A model generated the notes under the pieces. That model made no database searches. It was not told the origin of the DNA and was given only the letters and a program-made list of their open reading frames with translations. From Spizellomyces punctatus DAOM BR117 (taxonomy: Eukaryota): a stretch of 64,000 nt of DNA. Every line of letters begins with the position of its first letter. Position 1 is the stretch's first letter. Shown piece by piece: positions 52,420 to 63,288 of the stretch. Location of the stretch: the NCBI GenBank assembly GCA_000182565.2, contig KQ257453.1. One strand, written 5' to 3'. The position numbers and the translations under genes were made by a program.

Positions 52420-53749
52420 CTATTCATATGTACCATGAGAAACTCCAGCTACGGCATAATTCCCAAGAAACAGCGCGCCACTGCCCCATCCCGCCAGCAC
52501 ACCCGCTATTATGGGTACATTAAACGTGACACACAAAAGTACCACCATCACAAAAAGAATTCCAGATAACAATCGAAGAATCATCCGAGCGGCGCGGATA
52601 CTTAAATCGAGACCCACAGCTTTCACTTTATGTAATGTCCCTGATCTGGCGCTCGTGGCCGGTACCCCGAGTAGTGGCCCGCGCTCGTCCAGATCGTCGA
52701 TAGGACCAGTCGTAGTACTGCGTCGCCCAAAGACACGCGAGGTGGGTGAAGTCTCCGCATCAGACGGGTCGTTGTTCGCAGCTATGGGCGATGCTGTGAT
52801 TTGTGCAACGCCGTTGGATCGTTCAATTACTGCCACCCATTTTTGCTCGCAGTAGATCCGGAGCACATTCACAAGTTCATGTGTGGTAGCAATCAGAAAG
52901 GCAGCGATAACAGCTAATGCCAACTGCAATGTGCTTCGAGCTACAAAGAAAGGTAATATTATATATTCAGGGCCAGAGAAATGGAGATAAGGTCGCCAAG
53001 TTGGAAATGGGAGAGTATTATTCGGAGGCGGCGGCGGAGGTGGCGGTGGAGTCGGAGGCGGGGGGCAAAGGTTGCTAGGCACAGATGTAGAATTGCACAG
53101 CTGCAGCATACTTGAGCAGGAGGGGCTTTCAGGAACTTGACGACAAAATTGCGAGTACACTGCCAATGGCTCGCATACTCGCTTGACTCGCTTAAAAGAA
53201 GCTTCACTTGCTTCGCACAACTCACATCCGTCCACCCATTTTTCTGCGCAAAGATCTGGTACCATACGTTCCAGTTCACTTGTGCTAGGCAAATACTGTA
53301 GAGGAGCCTCGTTCGCACACTGCCGAACCAGAGATCCGTGTCTGCATAAAGCAGCATATGTTCTACAGCCATTGAGACTTGGAGCATCGCTTGCACATAC
53401 TGTAGCAAGGAGAGAAAACGGCGAGCAGGTGTTTGTTCCTAGAAACGCAGCAGCGGTGCGACAATAGCGCTGCAAGGTGCATCCTGTCGAATTGCAAAAT
53501 GGTTGAAGCTCCAACTACTGCTATCAAGTTAACATGATACCGCATACCAATAAGCCTAGGGTCTTCCTTGCAAGCTTCAGCTAGCATCGCGTTGGCCTTG
53601 TCCGAAGGCAAATTAAAGTTTACACATTCAAATCGCGTGGGATCCATCATGCAGTCGAGATTATCAGGTTGGGCGACTACTCCTGCAGGAAGCAAGCCGA
53701 CAGAGCACAGTAGCCATGACGTCCAAACACGACCTTTGTCAAGACGCAT
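52420..53749 (-). CDS. Ctr copper-transporter-family protein with a Cys-rich ectodomain
   Basis: Signal peptide, Cys-rich repeats, poly-Pro linker, YLHF, three TM segments, xxTFN and GxxxG in TM3. Confidence 0.8.
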
Positions 53750-53924
53750 CTTGTAATTGCTTCCCAGTAGATGAAAGTTATGAGGTGAAAAGGACGTGAC
53801 GTTGTTGACGTGAGGGTTGGAACCGCTTGATCTGGTTAGTAATGGGTGTGGTAAGCAGCACGAACTGTCCTCGCGCTGTTTCTACTGTCTAAACTTTTGG
53901 CTCTGCCCATTTACTCAACGAACA

Positions 53925-55312
53925 ATGGAGGGGCCCGTACAAGCTCAACACGCCATAGATCATATATGCAACGTCTGTTCAGAGCGAATAGAAGGATCCC
54001 ACGTAAACGCAAACGAAAAGCGTTTCCACACATCCTGCTTTGTGTGAGTGAACTTTGTGGGTGTACCTGCCGTGCATGTTATGTTAACTTTCCGTGTCTG
54101 GCTCCAGCTGTCATCAATGTCTCGAACCTTTCCCTGAAAATGCATTCTTTGAAGCAGAAGGCCATTTCTTTTGCGATTTCGATTTTACTGTGTTACACGG
54201 GTAGGTGACCAGAACCCAGGGTAAGTGGGTTGTCAGTGTCCTTGCAGAGCTCCGGTAACCAATATCTTATGAATTCAATCTTCTCGTTTGCCACATAGTG
54301 CACGATGCGGCCGTTGCGGTGAAATCATTCGAGGAAAGTGCATAACTGCCATGGAAATGAAATGGCATCCTGAACACTTCACCTGCGAGGTGTGCGGAAA
54401 GCCCCTGGCCGGGACCACTTTTGTGAAAAAGAATAATAAACCTCACTGCAAACCATGCATGGAGAAAATCAAGACAAGAGGTACAATTCTGTGATGTCTG
54501 TTAAATGATTAGGGGAATGCGTTTGCTAAGAATGCACCACATAGAACGAACACAGGACGTTTGCGATCGTTGCAAAAAACCATTTCATGAACATGAATAC
54601 GTCCTTGTACTCAACAATAAAAGGTACCATGCGCACCACTTCAATTGTGCACTGTGCAAGCAAGCTCTTGGTGCCGACTGCAAAGAGTACGAGGGAAAAT
54701 TGTACTGCGCTGCTGATTTGGAAAGAATGACAATGAGAGTGTGTCAAGCGTGTCGACGACCAATTCAGGGAAGAAGTATTACTGCTATGGGGAAACAATA
54801 TCATCCAGAAGTGAGTTGACAGTTTTCTGATGGTCTCAAGTCGTGTTGGTACTCATTGGCGCGGAAACAATTGTAGCACTTTGTGTGCTCCAAATGCGAA
54901 AAACCGTTTGGATCAAGTGTGTATTGGGAATACAAAGGCAAACCCTACTGCGAAGCACACTATCATGAGCAACTGGGGGACGTATGCGGCCTATGTTATG
55001 AGCCCGTGGTGGGCCGAAGTAAGTGACAACGCATTGAAGTACCTCTCTCACATTTCTGAATCTTTACTTCCAACAGCCATCACCGCCATGCAACGGAAAT
55101 GGTGTGATCACCACTTTGTGTGCATGGGTTGCCACACCTCGTTAGCCTCGCAAGATAGCAAAATGGCGTTTGTAGAATGGAATCTAAAGCCATACTGTAA
55201 AAGATGTTACGAGGAGCTTCCAGGGGAAGTGCGGAGGAAGGTTGGAAAATATTATGATAAGGAAAAAAAAGCCGCAGAGAAAGCACAAAAGGCCCAAGCG
55301 GCAAAAAAATAA
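53925..55312 (+). CDS. Five-LIM-domain protein, PINCH/LIMS-like
   Basis: Five tandem LIM domains when spliced, e.g. [34 protein letters not shown]. The ending FVEWNLKPYCKRCYEELPGEVRRK resembles PINCH. Confidence 0.88.
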
Positions 55313-55610
55313 TATACGTTCGAATATTTCTTCCACCGCTCGCTCTACCATGTGAAGAGTTTGTCTAGTGCTGTGCTGCTCGCGCCCATTATATATCCAG
55401 TCTGATCAGCCATGGACAGCGAAAACAGTTCCAGCAGAGCGTACACCAGAATAATGTTCAAAAGCCATGCCATTTCGAAAATGAGAGCAAGCTTGGTGCA
55501 TTGGCCACAGTCTGCAGCAACGGACAGACGGGAGCCATCAATCGTCCGCTATGTGTGCTATAATGACTCTAGCCGCCAATTTGAGAATCAGCAGATGTCT
55601 AAATATTTTA

Positions 55611-57042
55611 TTAAGGCGGGCCTCTCCTTCCCCGACTTCGGGATCTCGACCGTCTGCGTCTGTCTCTTCGCGATCGGTACGACCGATCTGGACTACGTGA
55701 GCGTGAACGTGGCGTCCGCGATCTTCGGCTCTCGCGGCGTGGGCTTCGCGCCCTGGACCGGGAATGTGGTGATCGCTGCTCGGTCTCGGTTGAGCGTGAT
55801 GTGGGTGACCGCAAAGGCACATTGCATGGCGCTGGCGCTGAGTCCAACATCGTGTTTTCTGCAGTCTCAATCGGGTTCGCAGGCTCGACAAACGACATAG
55901 TTGCGCCACTTTCCAGGAAGGTCTCTAACTCCGTGACCGTTAGGGGCAATCCCTTCCGCACCGGTTTGCGATAGAGGCTCAAGATGTGACCCGATACATT
56001 TTCCAAATCTTCCAGGTCTGCGTCAAATACCTCCCACCAGGGTGGGTTGGTAGGGAGCTTCACCTTACATACGCGAGCGGCAAGGTATATCACTGCACAC
56101 GCAATCGTAGATGGCTGGTAGCAGACATATATGCTGGTTCGCAGCCTACCTTGAACGAAGTAATTACTCGGAAGTTTGAATACTTGCTATTATCGAGTCC
56201 TGCTTACCCGTCGTTCATGTAATTCCATGCCCGTTGCGTCAAATCCTCGTTATCCACCATATTCATTCCTTGCAGATAATTCATCATGAATCCGTGTGGT
56301 TGCTGTACTTGAACATTGAATCCAAGTTTACAGAGAATATGCAATTCGCCTGCTATAATCCCTTCTTTCAACTCATTGAATAGCTATAATAATGAAGATG
56401 TTGAGGTGCCCACCCTGCCTGGTCAGCAATCTTATGGCACATACCAATCCAGCATAACTCTCCACTCGTGGTGTTATCCCTCGATTAACATCAATGAGCC
56501 AAGAGAACACATTGACTATATCCTTGACTTTACGAGGCGTTTCTTCCACTTTTGAAGCCAAGAAGACGGCTCCCATTGCAATGTCCTGGTTCCAGGTTAG
56601 CTCTCTGAATTCACAGTTTAGCGTTCAATGTAAAATGCCTCACCCGCACAGCAACGAGTTTCAAAGACGCCATGTAGTAGAACCTCTGAAAGAGGACTTG
56701 TGCCGTTGCCGTTGCCACCTGCGGTCTGTAAACCAATGAGTGAAGATTCGTTACTGACTGCTTCCACTGGCCTCATGCCGACAAACAATACACTCACAAA
56801 CGTAGCAAGATTCCTGCAGACTGAATGAGTTCGCAACCAAACACACGCAACTCTGTCTCCAGCTCTGTAAGATCGCATGCAATTTAATATTGGGGCAATG
56901 CGCAATCATATTAGCCGCGAACAAAGATCTCACCTTGTGAAATTCCGTCCTGTCTGGATGGACTTTGCTCCAATTGCTCAACAGTCAAAACAGAGTTTCG
57001 CAGAGAGAGTTTGCTAACCGATCCTGCTCCCAGGACGGCCAT
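55611..57042 (-). CDS. Cyclin L with C-terminal RS-rich domain
   Basis: VAMATAQVLFQRFYY, FLASKVEETPR, LGFNVQVQQPH, AWNYMND, WWEVFDA and an RS tail. Confidence 0.93.
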
Positions 57043-57612
57043 TGTAACTGGACGAGGGACCGATAAAGGCTATTGTATTGGGTATGGGATGTGGTGCGGG
57101 TTGTGCTCTGGCGATCGCGGCTTTGTGGGTTGCAGATCAGGGCGAGTAGATCACTGAGGCAGGAGGCGCGAAGCAAAACTCTTTAGAGTTGCAAGAGCAA
57201 AATGGGGATGCTGGGTTTTATTGCATGCTGGCACCTTCAGCAGCCTGTCCCAATACTATTTCTACCTTTAATCACATATGTCCATCGTTGGTCCTCCCTG
57301 TGGTCATGATCTATCATAGGTTCATGTGCTGGCCGGTGACCCAATACAACTGCAAAGGTACAGTAAAACATCCAGAAACTACCACCTTATTCATATGGTG
57401 AGTATTATTACCTATCTACATCGCATAGGTGAGGTATATCATAACAGGTGTTGTGGTAATGATGACAGCCGATCTGTATCTGTATGACTATATAGTGAGA
57501 GCTGTGGAACGATATCTCAAATGCATGATATTACACCTTCTTGCCCTATCTTTGGCGACTGTTTGCATAAAAAGAACCATGGTAGAGTTAATAGAAAATA
57601 CAACGGACTCTG

Positions 57613-59133
57613 GTGTCGGCTCCACTGACGAAGGAATGCCCATTTCCCAATGCTAACGCGACCAGGAGTCTTGTAGATCAGCTCTGCTCGACATGTGACA
57701 AGGCAAAATGCACCGGCCTGAACCCAGAAAGAGCGGTTCTAAACCATACAAGATTCCCTCCAGCTCGTCCAAGTGCCAGCAGAGAGAACAAGGTTTACAT
57801 CATGATGCGGATGGTTCCTAATTGCTGTTTCGCTAAAACTATCCCGTTTTTACAGGCAACCTCCAAATCGCTGACGATGCTTGGGTCAATAAGTGGCTTG
57901 ATGAACCTGCTGTTGCTGAAAAAGGAGCTGAGTGCGCGGCAGCACGGAGTGTAAAGCTCGGGGAATATATGCAGACCTTGCTCAAAGCAAAAGAAATTCG
58001 AGAGTCACTGGAACAACTTACAGAATCCCAAACTGGAAGCGAGCGCCACGACCCAGAACTGGCAGAGAACCTTGAACAGCGGGTGCACGCTGAGCGGGTA
58101 TGTTAGCGGGACCGCGAAAACTCCAAGTACCACCCTCTGACCTCCAAATCCTCATTCAAGGAAGAGCTGCGGTCTTTATTAGCTAAAGTAACAAACAAAG
58201 ATGTCCTCAGAAATGTTAAATACCGTCTTGGAAAGTTACGTAGAAAGAAGGTAAGAGTAGGTCCAGGGGGTCAGAGTATGACTTGGCATAATCAAGAACC
58301 CGTCTTCGGCAGCGCTGGCAAGAGAAGCGGCAGAAGACCTTACGAGAGATTCGGGAAGAAAGATTGCGCAATCGAGAACGTCTGCACGAAGAGACTGACT
58401 TGTGGCTCGCACGACGCCGTGCAGAAGAAGCCCAGCTTCTCGATGTACGTTTCACATTTGATGGTGTCGTTGGTGTCTTGTAACCAATGACGTTTCGCAG
58501 GACGCTGAACACGCGAAACAGTTGGAACAAAAGATTAAAGACGCCCGCATAGCAAAACGCAAACATGAAGATATTGTGTCGTTGCTCCAAGCGCTGGAGC
58601 GCTTGCGAAATCTACGTAGAGATAAAGCCAAAAAGGCTGGTAGGTCACTGATCTCCTTTTCATTGAAACATTCGGCATTTCTCAATCTCTTGGTTTCCAG
58701 GTGAGGTCTTCCCTGAAGAAGATGACGAGTTCTTTCGTATGGTAGAGGAACAAAGTACAGCAACTGTCGGTGGTGATGAACATGAGAGCACTCCGCAGGA
58801 GGATGAAGAAGCCCCATCAATTCGCATAGTAAGGCCTTCAGGCTTTGAGGTCAGGGATATAGATGACCTAATTCGTGTCAGGTAAAATCGTTATTTGTGA
58901 CTGAAGGTATCTACTTTTCTAATAGTTATTCCCGCTGTGGCAAATCAGACGTCAATGGGATAACTATATTGTACCTGCCGGTACGCCGGGGGGTTCGCGA
59001 GTTCCACAACACTTTGTAATACCTGGTGAGAGTTACATCGATGTGAGATAAGTATTATGAAGTCACTTATGATTGCTTGGTAGGGCCACCTTCCAACGAG
59101 GATTGGGCGGGCTTTGTGACGGGGGGTTCATGA
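57613..59133 (+). CDS. PDCD7 / U11-59K-like minor-spliceosome protein (5' end uncertain)
   Basis: Basic coiled coil (LQALERLRNLRRDKAK) and C-terminal RRQWDNYIVPAGTPGGSRVPQHFVIPGPPSNEDWAGF. Confidence 0.75.
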
Positions 59134-59225
59134 TTTGTGAGCGTTGCAGTTGGTCGTATTCTTAAATACGCTGGTTACCATTGCAACCACTGAACCTTGT
59201 GCACAAAAACGATCTGATCTATTGC

Positions 59226-60774
59226 CTACTCGTCACTTTTGTTTTCTCTATCTACAGCTGCTAGTCTTGACTGAGCCACCTCGATCAGAACTTCTATGTG
59301 CTCTATCTGTTCGAAAACGGACTTGAGCTCCCCCTGCGCCCCTCTCTGACGAGTCTTCAAGTCCGCTAATTCCTTTTTGCGCTCTTGCATGATTTTATGT
59401 TGTTCTTCAATTTCAGCCTAGAGGTAAAAAATAGCATTCAGACTCCATTCGAGGACTTTTGCTTGTTCTCACTAGACACATTACATTGATCTTCCTCATT
59501 TCTGGTGATTCTTTTGGTTGATATATGTCGGCCAGATCCTCACTCTCCAGCAGCGTTTGATAAAAATCTGGCTGCAAATTGTGTTTCTTTGAGTGCCCCG
59601 ACCAATTAAGATGAATCATCGCCGTGCACCTACATTGGCTTCGAATTTTGTAAGCAGCTCTTTGAAGACGTCTTCGTCTGCAGCCTTTTCATGCATCCAC
59701 TTATCTACCGACGCCCACCTATCCTTTGAGCGTAGTAGCTGCATCTGCTTGTCGCTGAATACGTCCGACGATACATTTTGAACAAAAGATCGACCTAGTG
59801 TTGTCAGAAACTTTGTTTCCTCCTCTTCGCAGGTTTTCTTCAATCTACACCAGTAGTAGTGAAATTCCGCTCCATATATCAAAAACTAGAACATACTCAG
59901 CATTTTCCTTCTCGATCATCTGTTTTCGAAAAGTAAGGTTGACCAACAGCGACCTAAGATGGTCGAATTCCTCCTCGCTTCCGTTTTCGCACATTAGCTT
60001 TTGGCACTTTGACCGGAGATAGACTTTTTCCTGTACTATATTGAGCAGTGCGGCAATGCACAAGTCATACTCGCGCTGAAAAATGGGTGCGACTCATGAG
60101 AAGGTACTTTGGGTCCTTGAAGCAGTGAGAATATCCACCTTGATGTCCGCCAGAATTGGCCTATAGTTGCGAAATTGCGCAATAACCCGATCATAGATTT
60201 GCTGGAGGCATTCAATCCTATACGGATCTAGCAAGTTGCTTTCGAACCTGCGCAGGGTTTGTAGGTCATCCTGATACTTTGCTACTAGTAGGTCAGGTTG
60301 TTGGGGACATCTTTCCACAGTTGGGTCGGAAGCCAGCCACGCTTTCAGATGATATGGCAGAGAACGGAGATGAAAGCATGGTTGGGTATCATTGCGCACG
60401 GAAAAGTGTGTTGCACCATTCAAGGTCATGATACTACTAGTGATGGAAATACGCAGATGGATCGGAGATTTTCTTATTGTGCACACCAATATTGCTCAAT
60501 TCACGCATATATAAATAAACCACCATTTTCTACTGACATGGCCAAGATCTAATCATGATATTGGCGGATTCATCTGGCAAGATGTCACTTTCTTTGCGTC
60601 CAAGCCATTCCACAATGGGCTATAGCAAAAGTTCTGCAGGACCATACGGGTGAACTCTCTCACCACACCGGACGTGTCATTACATAAATATCATCTGCAC
60701 GAGCACATCATGTAGCTCCGTATCTCGCATGGGTACCAGGAATACCTTTGGCAAAAAAGGTCATTGGTGGTCAT
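59226..60774 (-). CDS. TSNAXIP1 N-terminal-domain-like coiled-coil protein
   Basis: RIECLQQIYDRVIAQFRNYRPILADIKREYD resembles the TSNAXIP1_N motif. Multiple exons. Putative ATG at 60774; ends approximate. Confidence 0.6.
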
Positions 60775-60799
60775 CGTTCAAGTGTAAAGCCCTCCAGGC

Positions 60800-60887
60800 G
60801 GAAGTGACAAAAGTTAGTGTAGAGGTGACAGAAACTGGCACTAGCTACTACACCAGGGAATAAACCGGCGACAACCGGTTTGGAAAA
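60800..60887 (-). ncRNA. Putative Fanzor omegaRNA: scaffold 60887-60815 plus ~15-nt guide 60814-60800
   Basis: Minus strand reads TTTTCC-AAACCGG-TTGTCG-CCGGTTT-ATTCC-CTGG-TGTAG-TAGCTAGTG-CCAG-TTTCTGTCACCT-CTACACTA, then guide ACTTTTGTCACTTCC. It has a perfect 7-bp hairpin, a GTGTAG/CTACAC stem and a possible CTGG/CCAG pseudoknot. Resembles the SpuFz1 omegaRNA as I recall it. Confidence 0.8.
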
Positions 60888-61561
60888 GCTAACTAAGCTA
60901 CTACTAGGCAATTATACACGCAATACGTAACGGTTGGTTCTAACCGGATAATTGCCCACCACCACAGGCGGTCCCTACTAGGCCTTGATCTGGAACTCTT
61001 GATGGCATTGAAGCCAGACTCTTGCATCCAGGAGCGAATCGACTGGGCAGCGTCACAAGCCAGAGGATGTTCAGTGACAAGGCTTGGAGACTAAAACTGC
61101 ATGTCAGCGACAGAATAATATGAAAAGAGATGATGCCATTGGTACATACCAACCAAGCTCAACTAATGTGGCAGCATAATAGTAGGTTTTGTTATCAGAT
61201 CTGATTGGTTGCCGCTGGTTCTGATCACGGTTGCTGTCGGGCGGTCGAGGTCCTCGGCACCAGAGCAGTATTCTCATGATTGGACTGAGACTTGTTGGGC
61301 GGATGCTTTGAGTCGAGGATGGGTAAAGAGGAAAGAGGGAAGAGGGAGCAGGTCCCCCTTTTATAGACCTTTGGCATGCGCCTCACCGCAGTTTAAAAAA
61401 AAAGCTACATTAGCATGCCACACCGCAGTTTGGAGAACATTAGCATCCATGCCTCCTCACCGCTTTGAGCAATGATGGGGGTTCTGATTATGCGATATGA
61501 CTAACCGGATTAATCCGGATAATAATGGGTCCTAGTGCCATTTTCAATCACCTCCACACTA
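60815..61561 (-). mobile_element. Non-autonomous TIR element, Fanzor 'ghost'-type (Spu-1-like), with no nuclease ORF
   Basis: 28-bp imperfect TIRs (60817-60844 and 61532-61559, 24/28 match). TA on both sides (60815-16, 61560-61). CATA on the minus strand at 61563-61560. OmegaRNA-like structure at the other end. Confidence 0.88.
61359..61365 (-). promoter_or_regulatory. TATA box inside the TIR element
   Basis: TATAAAA on the minus strand, followed by a pyrimidine-rich tract and an ATG at 61277, oriented toward the omegaRNA end. Confidence 0.5.
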
Positions 61562-61890
61562 TGGACATCACGTCACTGGCACAGTCACACTACAATACAT
61601 GACTATGCCGTCATTACACTCAAACCGGAATATGAGAAAGATTTGAACCGTGCAGATTTGCACGAGGGGCTGACGTCTTCACACCTTCAAATATCGAACC
61701 CCCGCTCTCGCCCCCCCATCTTTTCCCATCATCTTTTGCTCATCGCAAGCAGTACGTTGCAATCTTTTGCGCACTCCAACATTATCAGTGTTTTTTAAAG
61801 GTATGGAAGCGCGTGTGTCCTTGGGATTTTATTCTGGTTTGTTGTTGGAGACTCTGCTAACACGGTGTTTAGAATCTATCCTCATCTAGT

Positions 61891-62448
61891 ATGGCTAACC
61901 AAAGCAAACCTCAAGCTGCCGGCGGTATCTCCGCCTTGGTCCAATCGGCTAGCGGCCGTGTGCTTCCCCTTATCAGCACTGCTCAGTCCTATGCCATTGC
62001 TACCCTCTCAACATCCAAGGCCATCCTCGACCGGTACCCCCCGCTCAAGGTTTGTGTGCCGTAGTGGTCCTTGTTTTGTTAAGTCACTTGGACTGATCAA
62101 TTCCCCGTGAAATTCTGCCAGGCCTTTGTGTACACTCTTGGTGGTGCCGCCGCTGTACCTCTCGCTGTCTTCACAGGTTACGGTGCTGCCACTGGCGCTG
62201 TCGTCCTCGGTGTCGCCGGAACCGCTGTAACCTTTGTACAAGGCGGTTTCCTCGCATTTGGAGGATTCATTCTCTTCTGGTTCTTGGCAGGAGCTTTCGT
62301 TCTCGCCTCGATCTTGACTTTCTGGTAAGGGTCGGCAATAAGTTACATGACATTCTACGAGAGCTTATCGTGCTCCCTTTCCTTTTATAGGTTCACATTG
62401 GCCTACTTCGCCTTCCAAGTCGCCAAACGCCTTGAGGGCACTGCTTAA
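61891..62448 (+). CDS. Promethin/LDAF1-like lipid-droplet membrane protein
   Basis: Long uninterrupted Gly/Ala-rich hydrophobic stretch AVPLAVFTGYGAATGAVVLGVAGTAVTFVQGGFLAFGGFILFWFL. Multi-exon, stop at 62446-62448. Confidence 0.65.
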
Positions 62449-63288
62449 GCAGCTTTAAACCTGCGGTTCGATTTTGGTTTTCCCTCATTTTTGCGTTTAG
62501 TTTTAGCTTAGAAACGGGCCTCATAATTTGATACCTGGATTACAGTGTTTGGATTGCTTTAATGTGTATGGGGGGCATGGGTTGCAATATTATATTACTC
62601 TGTTGAACCGCCGTCCTTGCAGCAAGTCTTTTGCCTTGAGATGTCCTATGATCCGCATATGCGGTTCACCTACTGATATTATTTGATGCCTTGGCAGAGT
62701 GAACACAATTGTTTTACAAGGTCACTGAAAGTTGTCTTGCTCGACGACAGCACGTTCTGCATCAAAAATTATCGAATCAGCGTGTTGGGACACAGCTCGC
62801 AATGTACGTGTTCGATACAGGGGTTTGATTGGTGGTACCTTATAACAAGTGTTATCCCACGTATCAGAGTTGGAAGTTAAATCCAGGTGGGCGTAAACGC
62901 CATTGGAGACATAAAAAACGGTGGAGTGCAACTTAGAACTGGCTGGTCCGTAACTGAGACTGGGATAATGCGGGGGTTGAATCTATGATATGCTTTTGTG
63001 GCGGTGGTCTAAGTCGCTGACTAGCCGCGCAAGAATACTCTATAAAATAATGGGCGAACAGACACCAGCTCCTCGGTGCCGACCCAGGTCTAAACTATTA
63101 ACATCTACCCTTAGCTCTCGTATACGAACGCATAGCAGCAGCTTGAATTGGGTAAGAGCCAACTTTTGCGGGCTAGTAATAATGGGCACCCTGTACACAA
63201 CTGGGAAGATCCGGCGAGAAGTGCGCAAACGGAACACAATGCTGCCTGCTGGCATAAAGGACTCATCCTCTGCATACGCGGCTATATA

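Noticed and set aside
53020-53066. GGC/GGA-rich tandem repeat
   Set aside because: It encodes the poly-proline linker of the Ctr-like protein.
60815-60844. Helitron 3' end or CRISPR-repeat interpretation of the 30-bp repeat ending in CTAG
   Set aside because: It has an inverted partner at 61532-61561 with TA flanks, and there is no regularly spaced array.
60890-61530. Decayed Fanzor or transposase coding remnants inside the element (e.g. SIRSWMQESGF in one frame)
   Set aside because: No RuvC or DDE motifs were recognised; the resemblance is too short to support.
62700-63280. Short ORFs between the promethin-like gene and TAD3
   Set aside because: I could not assemble a consistent spliced model or recognise a product.
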